Below, piece by piece: positions 27,811 to 36,962 of a stretch of DNA of 64,000 nucleotides. Below the pieces are notes generated by a model. That model made no database searches. It saw nothing but the letters and a program-made list of their open reading frames with translations, and was not told the DNA's origin. Every line of letters starts with the position of its first letter. Within the stretch, counting starts at the first letter, position 1. The position numbers and the translations under genes are program-made. The stretch lies in sequence record NC_014636.1. One strand, written 5' to 3'.

Positions 27811-27864
27811 CGCTGGCGCGACATTTGGAGTTTAATTATTATACTATCTATTCACCAAATCGAT

Positions 27865-27925
27865 TTGGAGCGATTCCTTATCTAATTGATATCATCGCAT
27901 AGACTATCGCTAGGAATCGCTCCAA
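27865..27925. repeat. Perfect 14-bp inverted repeat in the ndd upstream intergenic region
   Basis: TTGGAGCGATTCCT (27865-27878) / AGGAATCGCTCCAA (27912-27925), 33-nt loop. Confidence 0.85.
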
Positions 27926-27935
27926 TGTCTTCCTA

Positions 27936-28157
27936 TTAACAGGAGAAAGTCATATGATCATAACAGTATTGAATGATCTCTTGTTGACGTTTGTTATCCC
28001 AATAGAAGAAATCCTTATCGGTACCTCTGATTGAATCCGCCAGTTCCGTTGGCAAGTTGTTGAACAACGCTTGACCAAAACGGTATTGGTCGCTTGTCTC
28101 GCAAATGCTCTTGCGGATAAGATCATACATCTGCGGTACAGTGAGTTTCATTGTCAT
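27936..28157 (-). CDS. Hypothetical protein
   Basis: GGAG SD before ATG 28157; R.GQA.FN.L motif seen in small myophage proteins. Confidence 0.65.
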   Translation of the reverse strand: MTMKLTVPQMYDLIRKSICETSDQYRFGQALFNNLPTELADSIRGTDKDFFYWDNKRQQEIIQYCYDHMTFSC

Positions 28158-28158
28158 A

Positions 28159-28725
28159 TCAGTTGCTCCAGTCATAGTCAACGCCCAGAAAGTCGAATAC
28201 TTCTACCAGTTCGGCTTTCACGGTACGAGCACAGTTGGCGTGCTTCATTTGTTTGATTGTCGGTGGTGTCAGATGCGCTACCGCGTTTCCGAAAGCTTCG
28301 ATACGCGAGTGGGTCGCATCCATTGCCGAACGTTGCATGTCATACAGTGCTTCCTCAGAAACACGGCACATATACAGGTGGCAATGCATACCACTTTCAG
28401 GAATCTTGTGTGTGCAAAGATGCAGCAGATGATCTGGATTCGGAGTGTATCCAATTTCTTCTTTGCATTCGCGCACCGCAGCTTCGATCAGGCTTTCGCC
28501 TTCATCTACCATACCACCCGGGAAGCCGAAACGAGAATCCCAACGAACATTCAGAAGGATTTTGTGTGCCCAAACGTGCTTCTTGTCTTCTGGGAAAGTC
28601 GGGTCGGTTGTATTGATATATGGCTGCACTTTGTCACAGTAGAAGCAGACAAACGCAGCATCCGATTTGCCACGTGCACCGCTTTCTACTTCAATGCAAT
28701 CGACAAACGATTTAAATGATTTCAT
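28159..28725 (-). CDS. Nudix hydrolase, NUDT16/X29-like
   Basis: Nudix box [23 protein letters not shown] preceded by [14 protein letters not shown], compare NUDT16 [16 protein letters not shown]. Confidence 0.85.
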   Translation of the reverse strand: [188 protein letters not shown]

Positions 28726-28754
28726 TTTGTTTACTCTCTTTGGTTGATGTGCTC

Positions 28755-28782
28755 AGTATACTGGTTCAGAATCACAAGTCAA
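28755..28782 (-). promoter_or_regulatory. Sigma70-type early promoter for the Nudix gene
   Basis: TTGACT-16 nt-TATACT with an upstream A-tract. Confidence 0.7.
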
Positions 28783-28794
28783 CACTTTTTAAAA

Positions 28795-28822
28795 TAAAAA
28801 AGCCACCCGAAGGTGGCTTTTG
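28795..28822 (-). terminator. Intrinsic terminator after rIIB
   Basis: AGCCACC-TTCG-GGTGGCT plus T-run on the minus strand. Confidence 0.85.
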
Positions 28823-28826
28823 ATGA

Positions 28827-30125
28827 TTAGTGCTTACCAAACTCTTTGGTAATGTCTTTCAGAACCTTGAACTCACAGCAACGCATTTTTGCGCCCTTGT
28901 AGTCTTTCGGAACTGCTACTACATGCTGAGGATCAACTTGTACCAGCAGAATACGACCTTGACCACCGTGATAGTTCGGGATGTAGTGTCGAGCTGCTAC
29001 GTGGAGACCGGCAGAACAAGTTGCGTCGGAGCTGTCACACTTAGCACGATCCAGTTTAACCGTTTCACCTACTTTGTTTGAAAGCTTACCGGTATAAAAG
29101 TCTTTATAATCGGTAGTGCAACGACGATAAGCATGGACGAAACCGTCGGTGGTGATTTCGATGTCGTTGTGCTCAAGGAAGTCAAACAGGCCTTCGATTG
29201 CTTTCTTGTTCGGATTCAGCAGCAGTTTTTCGAGAAACGCTACCAGGTGACCGAACGGCTTACCATCGTGCATGTTGCTGATGATACGCTTTACAACAGA
29301 ACCACCAATTTCCAGACCCTTATAAGTAACAACATCATTTTCTACCTTGAGTTGACCTTTAGCATAAGAGCTAACACCCTTAGCAACGTTGATCAGACCC
29401 AGAGCTTTCAGAACATCACCAGCGATACACAGATCCAGAGCTTTGCGGAACTGTTCGTGACTGCTATCGGCAGTGTAAGTCTTACCGTCTGCCATGATGT
29501 TGATGAACTTGGTAGACGCGAACCACTTGAGTTCTTTCGGAGTCTCAACCGGTGCAACAGCCGGAGAACCAGGACGACGGGCTTTTACGCCTTTACGCTT
29601 GAGAACTTCACCAACAGTGCTTTCAGAGCAACCAACCAGGGATGCGACAGTCTTTTGGGACTTGTACTCACCGGTGGTATAGAGTTCGACGATTTTTGCG
29701 TCTCGCTCGTCAGCTCGTTTGTCTGCTTCGTGAAATCGAGCGCCCAGATGGGTGTCCTCTTTCTTCGGTACAACCGGAGCGGCTTTCGGAGCAACAACAG
29801 CAGGTTTAGCAACTGGTGCGGCTTTAGTTGCCGGAGCTACGTTACCACGAATTGCTTCGATGATCTTGCGAGCTTCGGATTCTTTGATATTCAGACGCTT
29901 GGCCAGAACAGTGCGACCCAGTTTGCCTTCCAGAATCTCTTTGCGCATAGCTTCGGTAACACCGTTGCTCGGCTGTTTTGCCTTAGCCAGTCGATCTTCT
30001 TCTTTTACGAGTTCGATCATTTTACGAGCTGCGGATTCGCCGATGTTCAGTTCGCGAGCCAGTACGCCACGACCCAGAGTGCCAGCCAGAATACGTGCTT
30101 TTTGTTGTTCAGTCAGTTTAGCCAT
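28827..30125 (-). CDS. rIIB: rIIB protein with repeated N-terminal HTH modules
   Basis: W.AS.KFINI, DSSH..F, GKPFGHLVAFLEKLLLNP, FLEHNDIEIT.DG..AYR, CSAGLHV, K.RCCEFKV. Confidence 0.95.
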   Translation of the reverse strand: MAKLTEQQKARILAGTLGRGVLARELNIGESAARKMIELVKEEDRLAKAKQPSNGVTEAMRKEILEGKLGRTVLAKRLNIKESEARKIIEAIRGNVAPATKAAPVAKPAVVAPKAAPVVPKKEDTHLGARFHEADKRADERDAKIVELYTTGEYKSQKTVASLVGCSESTVGEVLKRKGVKARRPGSPAVAPVETPKELKWFASTKFINIMADGKTYTADSSHEQFRKALDLCIAGDVLKALGLINVAKGVSSYAKGQLKVENDVVTYKGLEIGGSVVKRIISNMHDGKPFGHLVAFLEKLLLNPNKKAIEGLFDFLEHNDIEITTDGFVHAYRRCTTDYKDFYTGKLSNKVGETVKLDRAKCDSSDATCSAGLHVAARHYIPNYHGGQGRILLVQVDPQHVVAVPKDYKGAKMRCCEFKVLKDITKEFGKH

Positions 30126-30204
30126 TTTACAGTTTCCTTTTCTTGTCAGGTTTGATTAGTTTAACGCTTTTGATTCTCATAATAAACATTATCTCCTTCT
30201 CATA

Positions 30205-30243
30205 ACGTGCGGTCATTATCTCATATGAATGACCGCACGTCAA
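30205..30243 (-). promoter_or_regulatory. rIIB promoter embedded in a 13-bp perfect inverted repeat
   Basis: TTGACG-17 nt-GATAAT; arms ACGTGCGGTCATT 30205-30217 / 30228-30240. Confidence 0.7.
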
Positions 30244-30246
30244 TAT

Positions 30247-32445
30247 TTATTTTACAGCAACTTGAACAATGTTTGTCGCAGTTGCATCTGGGATACTATA
30301 TACGGAGTTGGTATAAGCGACGATCAGAGGGTTATTCTTCTCGAACTCTTTTACCTTAACGTATGCGATATCATACGCTTTTCTTTCCAGTTCTGCAATA
30401 GCATCATGCAGACTTTTGCCGTTTGTCAGCTTGAGATCTGACATAGAATTCCGAGCACGACGCAAGAAATTACCGATCTCACTCACTTTGCCGTTATTAC
30501 AGATCTGATCTACCAGCGGCTTGGTGATAACGTTGCTTTCGAGACGACCAACCCAACGTTCCATGACTTGCACACCAAAGTGGGTTTCGTCAACGGCATC
30601 GGCATGTTTCAGAACATCAAACTGGATAATATCCTGAGATACCTGAGTGATATTCTTGTTCTTCCATGCACGTTGGAAGTGCGTAGGCTTGAACATATAA
30701 ACGGTTTTCTTCTCTACAGCAGCCCATTGAGAAATCAGCTCAGAGCTATACAGATTCACGCTCTTCCAATCGCCAAACTTCTCTTTGGTCTTACCGGATT
30801 TCAGAGTCTCGATGGTAATTGTCGGAGTAACATGACGCGGATTGCTCCACTCATAGCCCATCCAATAACAATCTTTCAGCTCGTCGATGTCTTCCACGTA
30901 CATCTGTTTTTCTTTGTAGATGCCATTTTCGTACACGACCACGTTAGTGGCTTTACCGGTACGCTTCTTGACTTCTACCAGACCCTTGTCCTTCATTTCT
31001 TTCAGAACATCGGCGCGAACTTTGGACAGAGTGACAATCATTTTGTCCTTCATCCGAGTCGGCCAGTATCCCAGGTAATGAATCAAGTTTTCTTTGTACG
31101 CATCACCGATTGTACCACGTGATGGGTCTTTCTTGTCGATTGGCGTAGTGTTGGCTACGTCAAACACCAGTGCACCTTCGACTCGGAACTTGTTCAGACG
31201 ATGCAGAGCCATCATAACTTCGCCAGCTCCGGATTTCAAGTCGTTAATGATTACACGCTTGAAATTGGCATCAAATCCAACCATGTTGCTGGTATAGCGG
31301 ATCTTGTTTTTGCGAACAGTGACACCAACGCTTGCATTCTGCAAATACACTTCCGTGTTCGGACGGGTATAGCTATTGAAATGCGCTTTCCACTGTTGGA
31401 TAGTCTTGCCGTGGAACACACGATTTTCGATCATTCGGCGCCATACGTCATGCGGCAGTCTGCCGTTGATTGACTTATACAGCTCGAATATGTCATTGGA
31501 CTTATCAAAAATCTTGTCAATTTCCACATCATGAACTTTGTTCAGAATCTTGATTCGCTTGTCAATAGAAGCGATGGTATCAGGGTCCAAACTCAGTTCT
31601 TCGCGGCTCGGAGTCATATCAAGTTCACCGATTTCGAAGCGAACGTAATAAGACTTGTCTTTAGCAAACAGCCCGATCATGGTGTTGTTCCAGTATTCGC
31701 TCGGGATTGGGTAAACTACACCACCCATAACAGCGAACACACCGTTACCATGTTGTGAGCGAGTATTCCAGCCACCTTCTACCTTACAGATACCATCGGC
31801 ATCGAAATCCAGGTAGTTGATTGTGATCGACTTACCAACGAAACGAGGACGATATTTCTCGAAAGAGCAGAATACGCGGGCGGCTTCTTGTTCCCAAGTG
31901 TTCATGTCATTACTAACAGGTACGGTAACTTCAACACCAGTCGGCTCGTTGCTTTCTTCTTCGAACATTTTCATGATGTTCGGCTCGCCGTTCTTCATGA
32001 ATGCGCTGTAAATGCGCTTGAATCCGCCGTGCCAGGAAGTCACTGTGAACGTATCGGTATACGCAAACGGAGACTTACAACCAAGACCGAAACCACCGAT
32101 TTCATCGTTACTGTTCGACTTGGTACTTGCAAAATAAGTGCAGTACAGCCCGGTAACATCTTCCTCACTCAGACCAATACCGTAATCACGGACGCTGAAT
32201 TGTTGGTTCAGTACACTCGGCAGAGTAACGTCGAAAGTAGTCTTAACATCTACCCCAGTGCGAGCCAGAGCGATATGACCGTCTACCGCGTTGCAACACA
32301 GTTCACGAATGATGGCGCGTTGCTTGTACTTATACAGAGAACTGGACAGAATCTTGAATGCTTTTGCACTAGCCAGAATTTTGAATCCAGAACTCATGTC
32401 CGCGGCGCTGCCGTAGATCTCGGTTTGTTCCTGATGAATTTTCAT
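30247..32445 (-). CDS. rIIA: rIIA protein (GHKL ATPase N-terminal domain)
   Basis: AFKILSSSLY..K.RAIIRELCCNAVD, RDYGIGLS, IGGFGLGCKSPFAYTD. Confidence 0.96.
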   Translation of the reverse strand: MKIHQEQTEIYGSAADMSSGFKILASAKAFKILSSSLYKYKQRAIIRELCCNAVDGHIALARTGVDVKTTFDVTLPSVLNQQFSVRDYGIGLSEEDVTGLYCTYFASTKSNSNDEIGGFGLGCKSPFAYTDTFTVTSWHGGFKRIYSAFMKNGEPNIMKMFEEESNEPTGVEVTVPVSNDMNTWEQEAARVFCSFEKYRPRFVGKSITINYLDFDADGICKVEGGWNTRSQHGNGVFAVMGGVVYPIPSEYWNNTMIGLFAKDKSYYVRFEIGELDMTPSREELSLDPDTIASIDKRIKILNKVHDVEIDKIFDKSNDIFELYKSINGRLPHDVWRRMIENRVFHGKTIQQWKAHFNSYTRPNTEVYLQNASVGVTVRKNKIRYTSNMVGFDANFKRVIINDLKSGAGEVMMALHRLNKFRVEGALVFDVANTTPIDKKDPSRGTIGDAYKENLIHYLGYWPTRMKDKMIVTLSKVRADVLKEMKDKGLVEVKKRTGKATNVVVYENGIYKEKQMYVEDIDELKDCYWMGYEWSNPRHVTPTITIETLKSGKTKEKFGDWKSVNLYSSELISQWAAVEKKTVYMFKPTHFQRAWKNKNITQVSQDIIQFDVLKHADAVDETHFGVQVMERWVGRLESNVITKPLVDQICNNGKVSEIGNFLRRARNSMSDLKLTNGKSLHDAIAELERKAYDIAYVKVKEFEKNNPLIVAYTNSVYSIPDATATNIVQVAVK

Positions 32446-32494
32446 TTACATATCTCATGGTTGGCATTATATATTCCTCACATACGTTACAATA

Positions 32495-32528
32495 ACTGGA
32501 TAATACACGATGATTATCCAGTAGTCAA
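32495..32528 (-). promoter_or_regulatory. rIIA promoter embedded in a 10-bp perfect inverted repeat
   Basis: TTGACT-17 nt-TATTAT; arms ACTGGATAAT 32495-32504 / ATTATCCAGT 32513-32522. Confidence 0.7.
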
Positions 32529-32535
32529 TTACTTT

Positions 32536-32847
32536 TTACAGGTATTCGTCGAACCAGCGTTCACCAAGCTCTTCCAGATCGACATCATAGCCGAAGATCA
32601 GACGAAGATTGGCAGTTTTATGTGTGATTTCTTTGGTTTCTACCAGAGATTCGCGCAACTTCTTGATCTCATTCTTGACGGAAGACAGAACCAGGATGTT
32701 GTTTTCCTTGCAATGCTCTTCCCATTCTCCGAACTTCATATCGAAGAACTTGATAAACTTCTCACGAAGAAAAGTCATCTTGCCGATCTTGATACACGGT
32801 GTGATCTTCTTACCGATGTCTCCCAGATTCTTGGTCATGCTGTTCAT
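32536..32847 (-). CDS. Hypothetical protein
   Basis: 103-aa ORF contiguous with the CYTH gene. Confidence 0.55.
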   Translation of the reverse strand: MNSMTKNLGDIGKKITPCIKIGKMTFLREKFIKFFDMKFGEWEEHCKENNILVLSSVKNEIKKLRESLVETKEITHKTANLRLIFGYDVDLEELGERWFDEYL

Positions 32848-32849
32848 TA

Positions 32850-33320
32850 TTAAACCTTCTGTTTGATAGCGTTTTTAGCCATTCGACGATTAGCGTATTT
32901 CTTATCGCCGGTCACTTCTTTGCCGATCCAGTTGGGAAGAGGCAGAATTTCTTCTTTCTCATGGTTCAACTCGATTTCCGCAACTTGGAGTCCAGTATAC
33001 GGGTAAGAGCTAAAGGTGTCAAGCTCAATTTTATGTTTTCCGTGCTGATAAACATCGCGAATCTTTTCGAGGATGCCAGCGGGATTAGCATAGCGACGGG
33101 CGAACTCATAGACGAACTTGGGGATACGGGTCTCCAGTTCAATCTTGCTCATGCCTTTGCCGATCTTCATGTTCCAGTAATAAGACGTCAAACCCTCAAC
33201 TTGCTTGCGGAATCGCAGCTTGCCGAAGTAAAACTGAGTGATTGCAATACGACGAATCGGAATGTCATCGATGATCACATGCTCATTTCTCAGGAACTTA
33301 CGTTCAATTTCGAGTAACAT
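32850..33320 (-). CDS. CYTH / triphosphate tunnel metalloenzyme
   Basis: True start MLLEIERKFL (ExExK) at 33320 with GGAG SD; EKIR, IELD.F, AEIEL, WIGKEVTGD..Y. Confidence 0.88.
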   Translation of the reverse strand: MLLEIERKFLRNEHVIIDDIPIRRIAITQFYFGKLRFRKQVEGLTSYYWNMKIGKGMSKIELETRIPKFVYEFARRYANPAGILEKIRDVYQHGKHKIELDTFSSYPYTGLQVAEIELNHEKEEILPLPNWIGKEVTGDKKYANRRMAKNAIKQKV

Positions 33321-33369
33321 ATTTCTCTCCTTTGTAAAGCATACAATATACGCTTTAAAAAGGAGGGTG

Positions 33370-35214
33370 TCAACCCTCCTCCTCAATTTCTGCATCAAAA
33401 TCTTCACCGAAACCAAGCCATGTTTTACGCTTGCTTTCATCATCACCGAACAACATTTCCAGCATAGCGGGAGTGTCTTCGTCGATAACGATCTGTTCCA
33501 ACACAAGATTTTCGATACACTGCTTGTATTCGCAGTTTTTACCTTCGGTAGTCAGTGTGCCAAGACCCTTAATGTGTCGATGTGTCCACTTGCTATCGAA
33601 TTTCTTAGAACGGAACTCTTCGCGTGAATAGCTCCAATCAGTTTTCTTACCGTTGGTACTGATATACTCAGGTGTCCTAACGATATGAATACGACCTTGC
33701 TCGAACCAATGTGGCCAATACTTGTAGAAGAATGCAATAGCCAGCATAGCGATTGAACCCTTACCGTCTTGGTCCGCGTCGGTCATGATTGCGATGTTTG
33801 TATAAGCCGGAGCTTCTTTCGACCGAAGATCAACGTTAAGAATACCAAGCAGATCTGAAATCTCCTTGTTCTTCAACACTTCATGATCAGCTAAGTTCCA
33901 AACGTTCAGCATCTTACCACGCAACGGATAGCCGCCTTGTGACTCTTCGTTACGGAATCGAATGAAAGGACCGATAGCTGAATCCCCTTCTGCCAGGAAC
34001 AAAGTTGTCTTGGTTCGACCCAGTCCAGACGCTTTAACGTGCTTGGCAACGTTGGCAGCTTTCGCTTTCTTCTGTGCTTTGGTAGCCGCTGCTTTATCGG
34101 CAGCTTCTTTCTTCGCAAGTGCAGACGCGATAATCGGATCAATAACTTCCGGTGTTTTCAGAATCTTGCGAGCCAATCCCTTGTAATCCAAGTTCATGTG
34201 ATCGCGAATCTGTGCCCACGGGGAGCTTAACCGCTCTTTTGTCTGACCATCATACTTCGGCGCTACCAGATTACGAATAAACAAGCCAATAATCAAGCAT
34301 TCTTTAATTCGAGCTTTGTTAATTTCGATCTTGTGCTGACGCTTGATCATCGGGATCAGTTCTTCGCTCAGACTATCAAGCACACCATAAACGTGATTGC
34401 CGCCTTGCTTAGTATGAACACCGTTAACAAAACTCAGTTGTCTGTATTCTTCCGATGTGCCAAAGAACACACTAACATTGTCATCATTGTGACAAACAAC
34501 ATCGCCGAATTGTGCCGCAAACTTCTGGAATTTGCTATCGACTTTCTTGCCGTTATACTTGAATGTAACTTGTGGGAAGTTCACTGCCAGCGTGATTAGA
34601 CGCGACTTGATCACTTGCTCAAAGTCTTCATCAAGATTGAATACGCCGAATCTGGTGAAGTCTGGGACGAAGGTAACAACCGTGCCCTTGAACTTACCTT
34701 TCTTCACGGAATAGCTTACTTCATCCGCGTTGTTTGTGCAACTTACAGTAACAACAGTTTCGCCATTACCAGTTTCGCCAATAAAGCTATCGGAGAAGAA
34801 GTTAGTCAGCGCAGAGCCGACACCGTTTTTACCGATTGTCTTTCGATCTGCGGAGAAGTTTGAGCCGGCGCGAGCGCGAGTCCAAGCAGCTAGTGGCAAC
34901 GGAACTTCTAACCCCTCGGGTGTGACTACCGTGCCTTGTGGCAGACCACGACCGTTATCTTTCACCGACACTTTATTATCGGCAACAGTGATTTCAATCA
35001 CGTTTGCATGTTCGAAATTGGTACGAATCGCTTCATCCACGCTGTTATCGATAACTTCGTCGGTGATTTTTACCAGACCAGGAACATACGTTAGTGGTTG
35101 AAATTTACCATCGATTAGTACATCGTGTGTTTCCGTCGATACTGATCCCACATACATATCGGTGTTAATAAGGCAGTGTTCTTTGTCGGATAAAACTTTA
35201 AACTCTTGGGACAT
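33370..35214 (-). CDS. 39: DNA topoisomerase II large subunit (gp39 and gp60 fused, no bypass)
   Basis: EVIDNSVDEA, DNGRGLP, GKNGVGS, LAEGDSA, YPLRGK, MTDADQDG, KGLG in one frame; start MSQEFKV at 35214. Confidence 0.96.
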   Translation of the reverse strand: MSQEFKVLSDKEHCLINTDMYVGSVSTETHDVLIDGKFQPLTYVPGLVKITDEVIDNSVDEAIRTNFEHANVIEITVADNKVSVKDNGRGLPQGTVVTPEGLEVPLPLAAWTRARAGSNFSADRKTIGKNGVGSALTNFFSDSFIGETGNGETVVTVSCTNNADEVSYSVKKGKFKGTVVTFVPDFTRFGVFNLDEDFEQVIKSRLITLAVNFPQVTFKYNGKKVDSKFQKFAAQFGDVVCHNDDNVSVFFGTSEEYRQLSFVNGVHTKQGGNHVYGVLDSLSEELIPMIKRQHKIEINKARIKECLIIGLFIRNLVAPKYDGQTKERLSSPWAQIRDHMNLDYKGLARKILKTPEVIDPIIASALAKKEAADKAAATKAQKKAKAANVAKHVKASGLGRTKTTLFLAEGDSAIGPFIRFRNEESQGGYPLRGKMLNVWNLADHEVLKNKEISDLLGILNVDLRSKEAPAYTNIAIMTDADQDGKGSIAMLAIAFFYKYWPHWFEQGRIHIVRTPEYISTNGKKTDWSYSREEFRSKKFDSKWTHRHIKGLGTLTTEGKNCEYKQCIENLVLEQIVIDEDTPAMLEMLFGDDESKRKTWLGFGEDFDAEIEEEG

Positions 35215-35278
35215 ATTACCTCTTTCTATGGGGAGCTGTTTAGACTCCCCATTATACACAAAAACGACTTACTATAAA

Positions 35279-35773
35279 CTAACTAACGATCTGTTTGTGC
35301 CACTTTTCGTTCTTTTCAACGATAGACTGGCTTACCAGATTAATCACTGTTCTAGCCGTGCTTTCGTTGGCAGGCATGCCTTTTTGCTGAACAAGATGCA
35401 TATAAACGACATCGAGACCAGCAATGATCAGATCTGCGAACTCTGCATGGAGCGGTTCAGGATGTTGCTTTTTCGGCTTGTTGATCACCGTAGACATTTC
35501 GCCCAGTTCTTCGGTACATTTGCCTAGCACTTCATGAACCGTACGCTCTTTGGCAATCAAACTATTTCGCAGAACATCACAGAATGCTGTGGTAAGAGAA
35601 TGCTTTGGAACTTGTCGAGCTGCATTCCAGCCCATAACCCAAGTAGTCCAACAAGCGCCACGTACCATAAACTGCTGGTCATCAGTCAGATTGTACCAAT
35701 CGTATGCTTTCTGGAATGCAAGTTCGCATTCCATACGATCCACAACTTGAACAACGTTAATATTGTCGAGCAT
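35279..35773 (-). CDS. Protein with C-terminal MazG-like all-alpha NTP pyrophosphohydrolase domain
   Basis: KCTEELGEM...AEFADLII (EExxE...ExxD). Confidence 0.65.
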   Translation of the reverse strand: MLDNINVVQVVDRMECELAFQKAYDWYNLTDDQQFMVRGACWTTWVMGWNAARQVPKHSLTTAFCDVLRNSLIAKERTVHEVLGKCTEELGEMSTVINKPKKQHPEPLHAEFADLIIAGLDVVYMHLVQQKGMPANESTARTVINLVSQSIVEKNEKWHKQIVS

Positions 35774-35988
35774 TATTTCGCCTTGACTTGTTCGTAAAAA
35801 CCACGGGCGCGTTTGTAGCTGTCAATGATGCCATCAACGCGAGATTCGATGTCGATTTCTTTCGGAACACGCAGATCCATGATTGCACGGAAAATAGTGT
35901 CGCGGCTGCTATCGATAAGACGGTATACAGTCTTGTCCAGGGTGTCGATTTGTTTCTGTTCGAACTCGGTAAAAATCTTTTCTTCCAT
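35773..35988 (-). CDS. Hypothetical protein
   Basis: 71-aa ORF, stop/start overlaps on both sides. Confidence 0.6.
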   Translation of the reverse strand: MEEKIFTEFEQKQIDTLDKTVYRLIDSSRDTIFRAIMDLRVPKEIDIESRVDGIIDSYKRARGFYEQVKAK

Positions 35989-36164
35989 TACTCTTCGCCT
36001 TCTTCGTAATCGGTACCAGCGTCAGTCACGATTCGGACTGCCAACTGCTTACCGTCTTTGTTGTAAATTGCGGTAGTCATTTCTCCGAAGCCATACGAAG
36101 TGCGCTCAAAAGCACCTTCTACAGTGGCCAGGATTTCGTTGTAACGCACTTCGTTGATTTGCAT
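35988..36164 (-). CDS. Hypothetical protein (58 aa)
   Basis: Not in the track; GAGG SD; MQINEVRYNEILATVEGAFERTSYGFGEMTTAIYNKDGKQLAVRIVTDAGTDYEEGEE; TAATG overlap with the next gene. Confidence 0.7.
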   Translation of the reverse strand: MQINEVRYNEILATVEGAFERTSYGFGEMTTAIYNKDGKQLAVRIVTDAGTDYEEGEE

Positions 36165-36175
36165 TTTTAGCCTCT

Positions 36176-36183
36176 TATAAATA
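36176..36183 (+). promoter_or_regulatory. Canonical T4 late promoter TATAAATA for the HNH endonuclease
   Basis: Exact consensus 36 nt upstream of ATG 36219. Confidence 0.75.
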
Positions 36184-36218
36184 GATGTATCATAAACCTA
36201 GATCAGGATGTCTTTCAC

Positions 36219-36962
36219 ATGAATTATAAAATGATATACGAAAAACTCACTTCCGTCAACACAGAATCAGATAAATTTGAAGTTCATCACATAATTCCTC
36301 GGTGCATGGGAGGAACAAATGATCCTGTAAATCTCGTTAGATTAACGTATCGCCAACATTACATAGCACACAAACTCTTAACCAAGATTTACCCGGATAA
36401 CAATAAGCTTGAAATCGCATTCAAACTCATGGTATTCAAAAATTCACATAAGTATTATAACTCTAGAGACTTTGAGAATGCAAGAGTTTTGCAATCAACG
36501 CATATGAGAAATAATAATCCTATGAAATCATTCGAGACTAAGGATAAAATGCGACAAACTATGATTGATAAGTATAAAGCTGGATGGACTCCCAGAGTTG
36601 GTAAATCGCACAGTGAACAAGCCAAAGCTAATATATCCACTGGAAGATCTGGCAAACTGTGCGGCGAAGAAAATCCGAATTATGGTAAACAGCTCAGTGA
36701 AGAAACTAAACTGAAAATATCCAAATCCAGAATCGCAAATTCAGAGTTATACAAAAAGCCAAGAACCGAAGAAGTTAAGCGTAAGATATCCGAATCGTGT
36801 CGCAACAGGGTGATTTCCGATGAAACTAAACGAAAGATTTCTGAATATAAACTAAACTTACCACCTGTCACTTGTCCTCATTGTAATAAGACTATGAAAC
36901 AGGGACCTGGTGCTGTTCGTTGGCATTTTGATAATTGTAAACTATCCCCTAAGAATAGATAA
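36219..36962 (+). mobile_element. Free-standing HNH homing endonuclease gene with NUMOD3 repeats (mob-like)
   Basis: HHIIPRCMGGTNDPVNLVRLTYRQHYIAH; four S/T-EExKxKIS repeats; CPHC..HFDNC; opposite strand to all neighbours. Confidence 0.9.

Noticed and set aside
27690-27935. tRNA gene in the structured intergenic region
   Set aside because: No cloverleaf, TTCGA T-loop or CCA end recognisable
32850-33506. 218-aa version of the CYTH ORF and other extended N-termini in the track (35, 39, 44, 47, 61, nrdG, rpbA)
   Set aside because: The extensions overlap upstream genes, hairpins or promoters; downstream ATGs have proper SD sequences and match family N-termini
33370-35214. Gene 60-type translational bypass
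   Set aside because: The gp39 and gp60 domains are in one continuous frame
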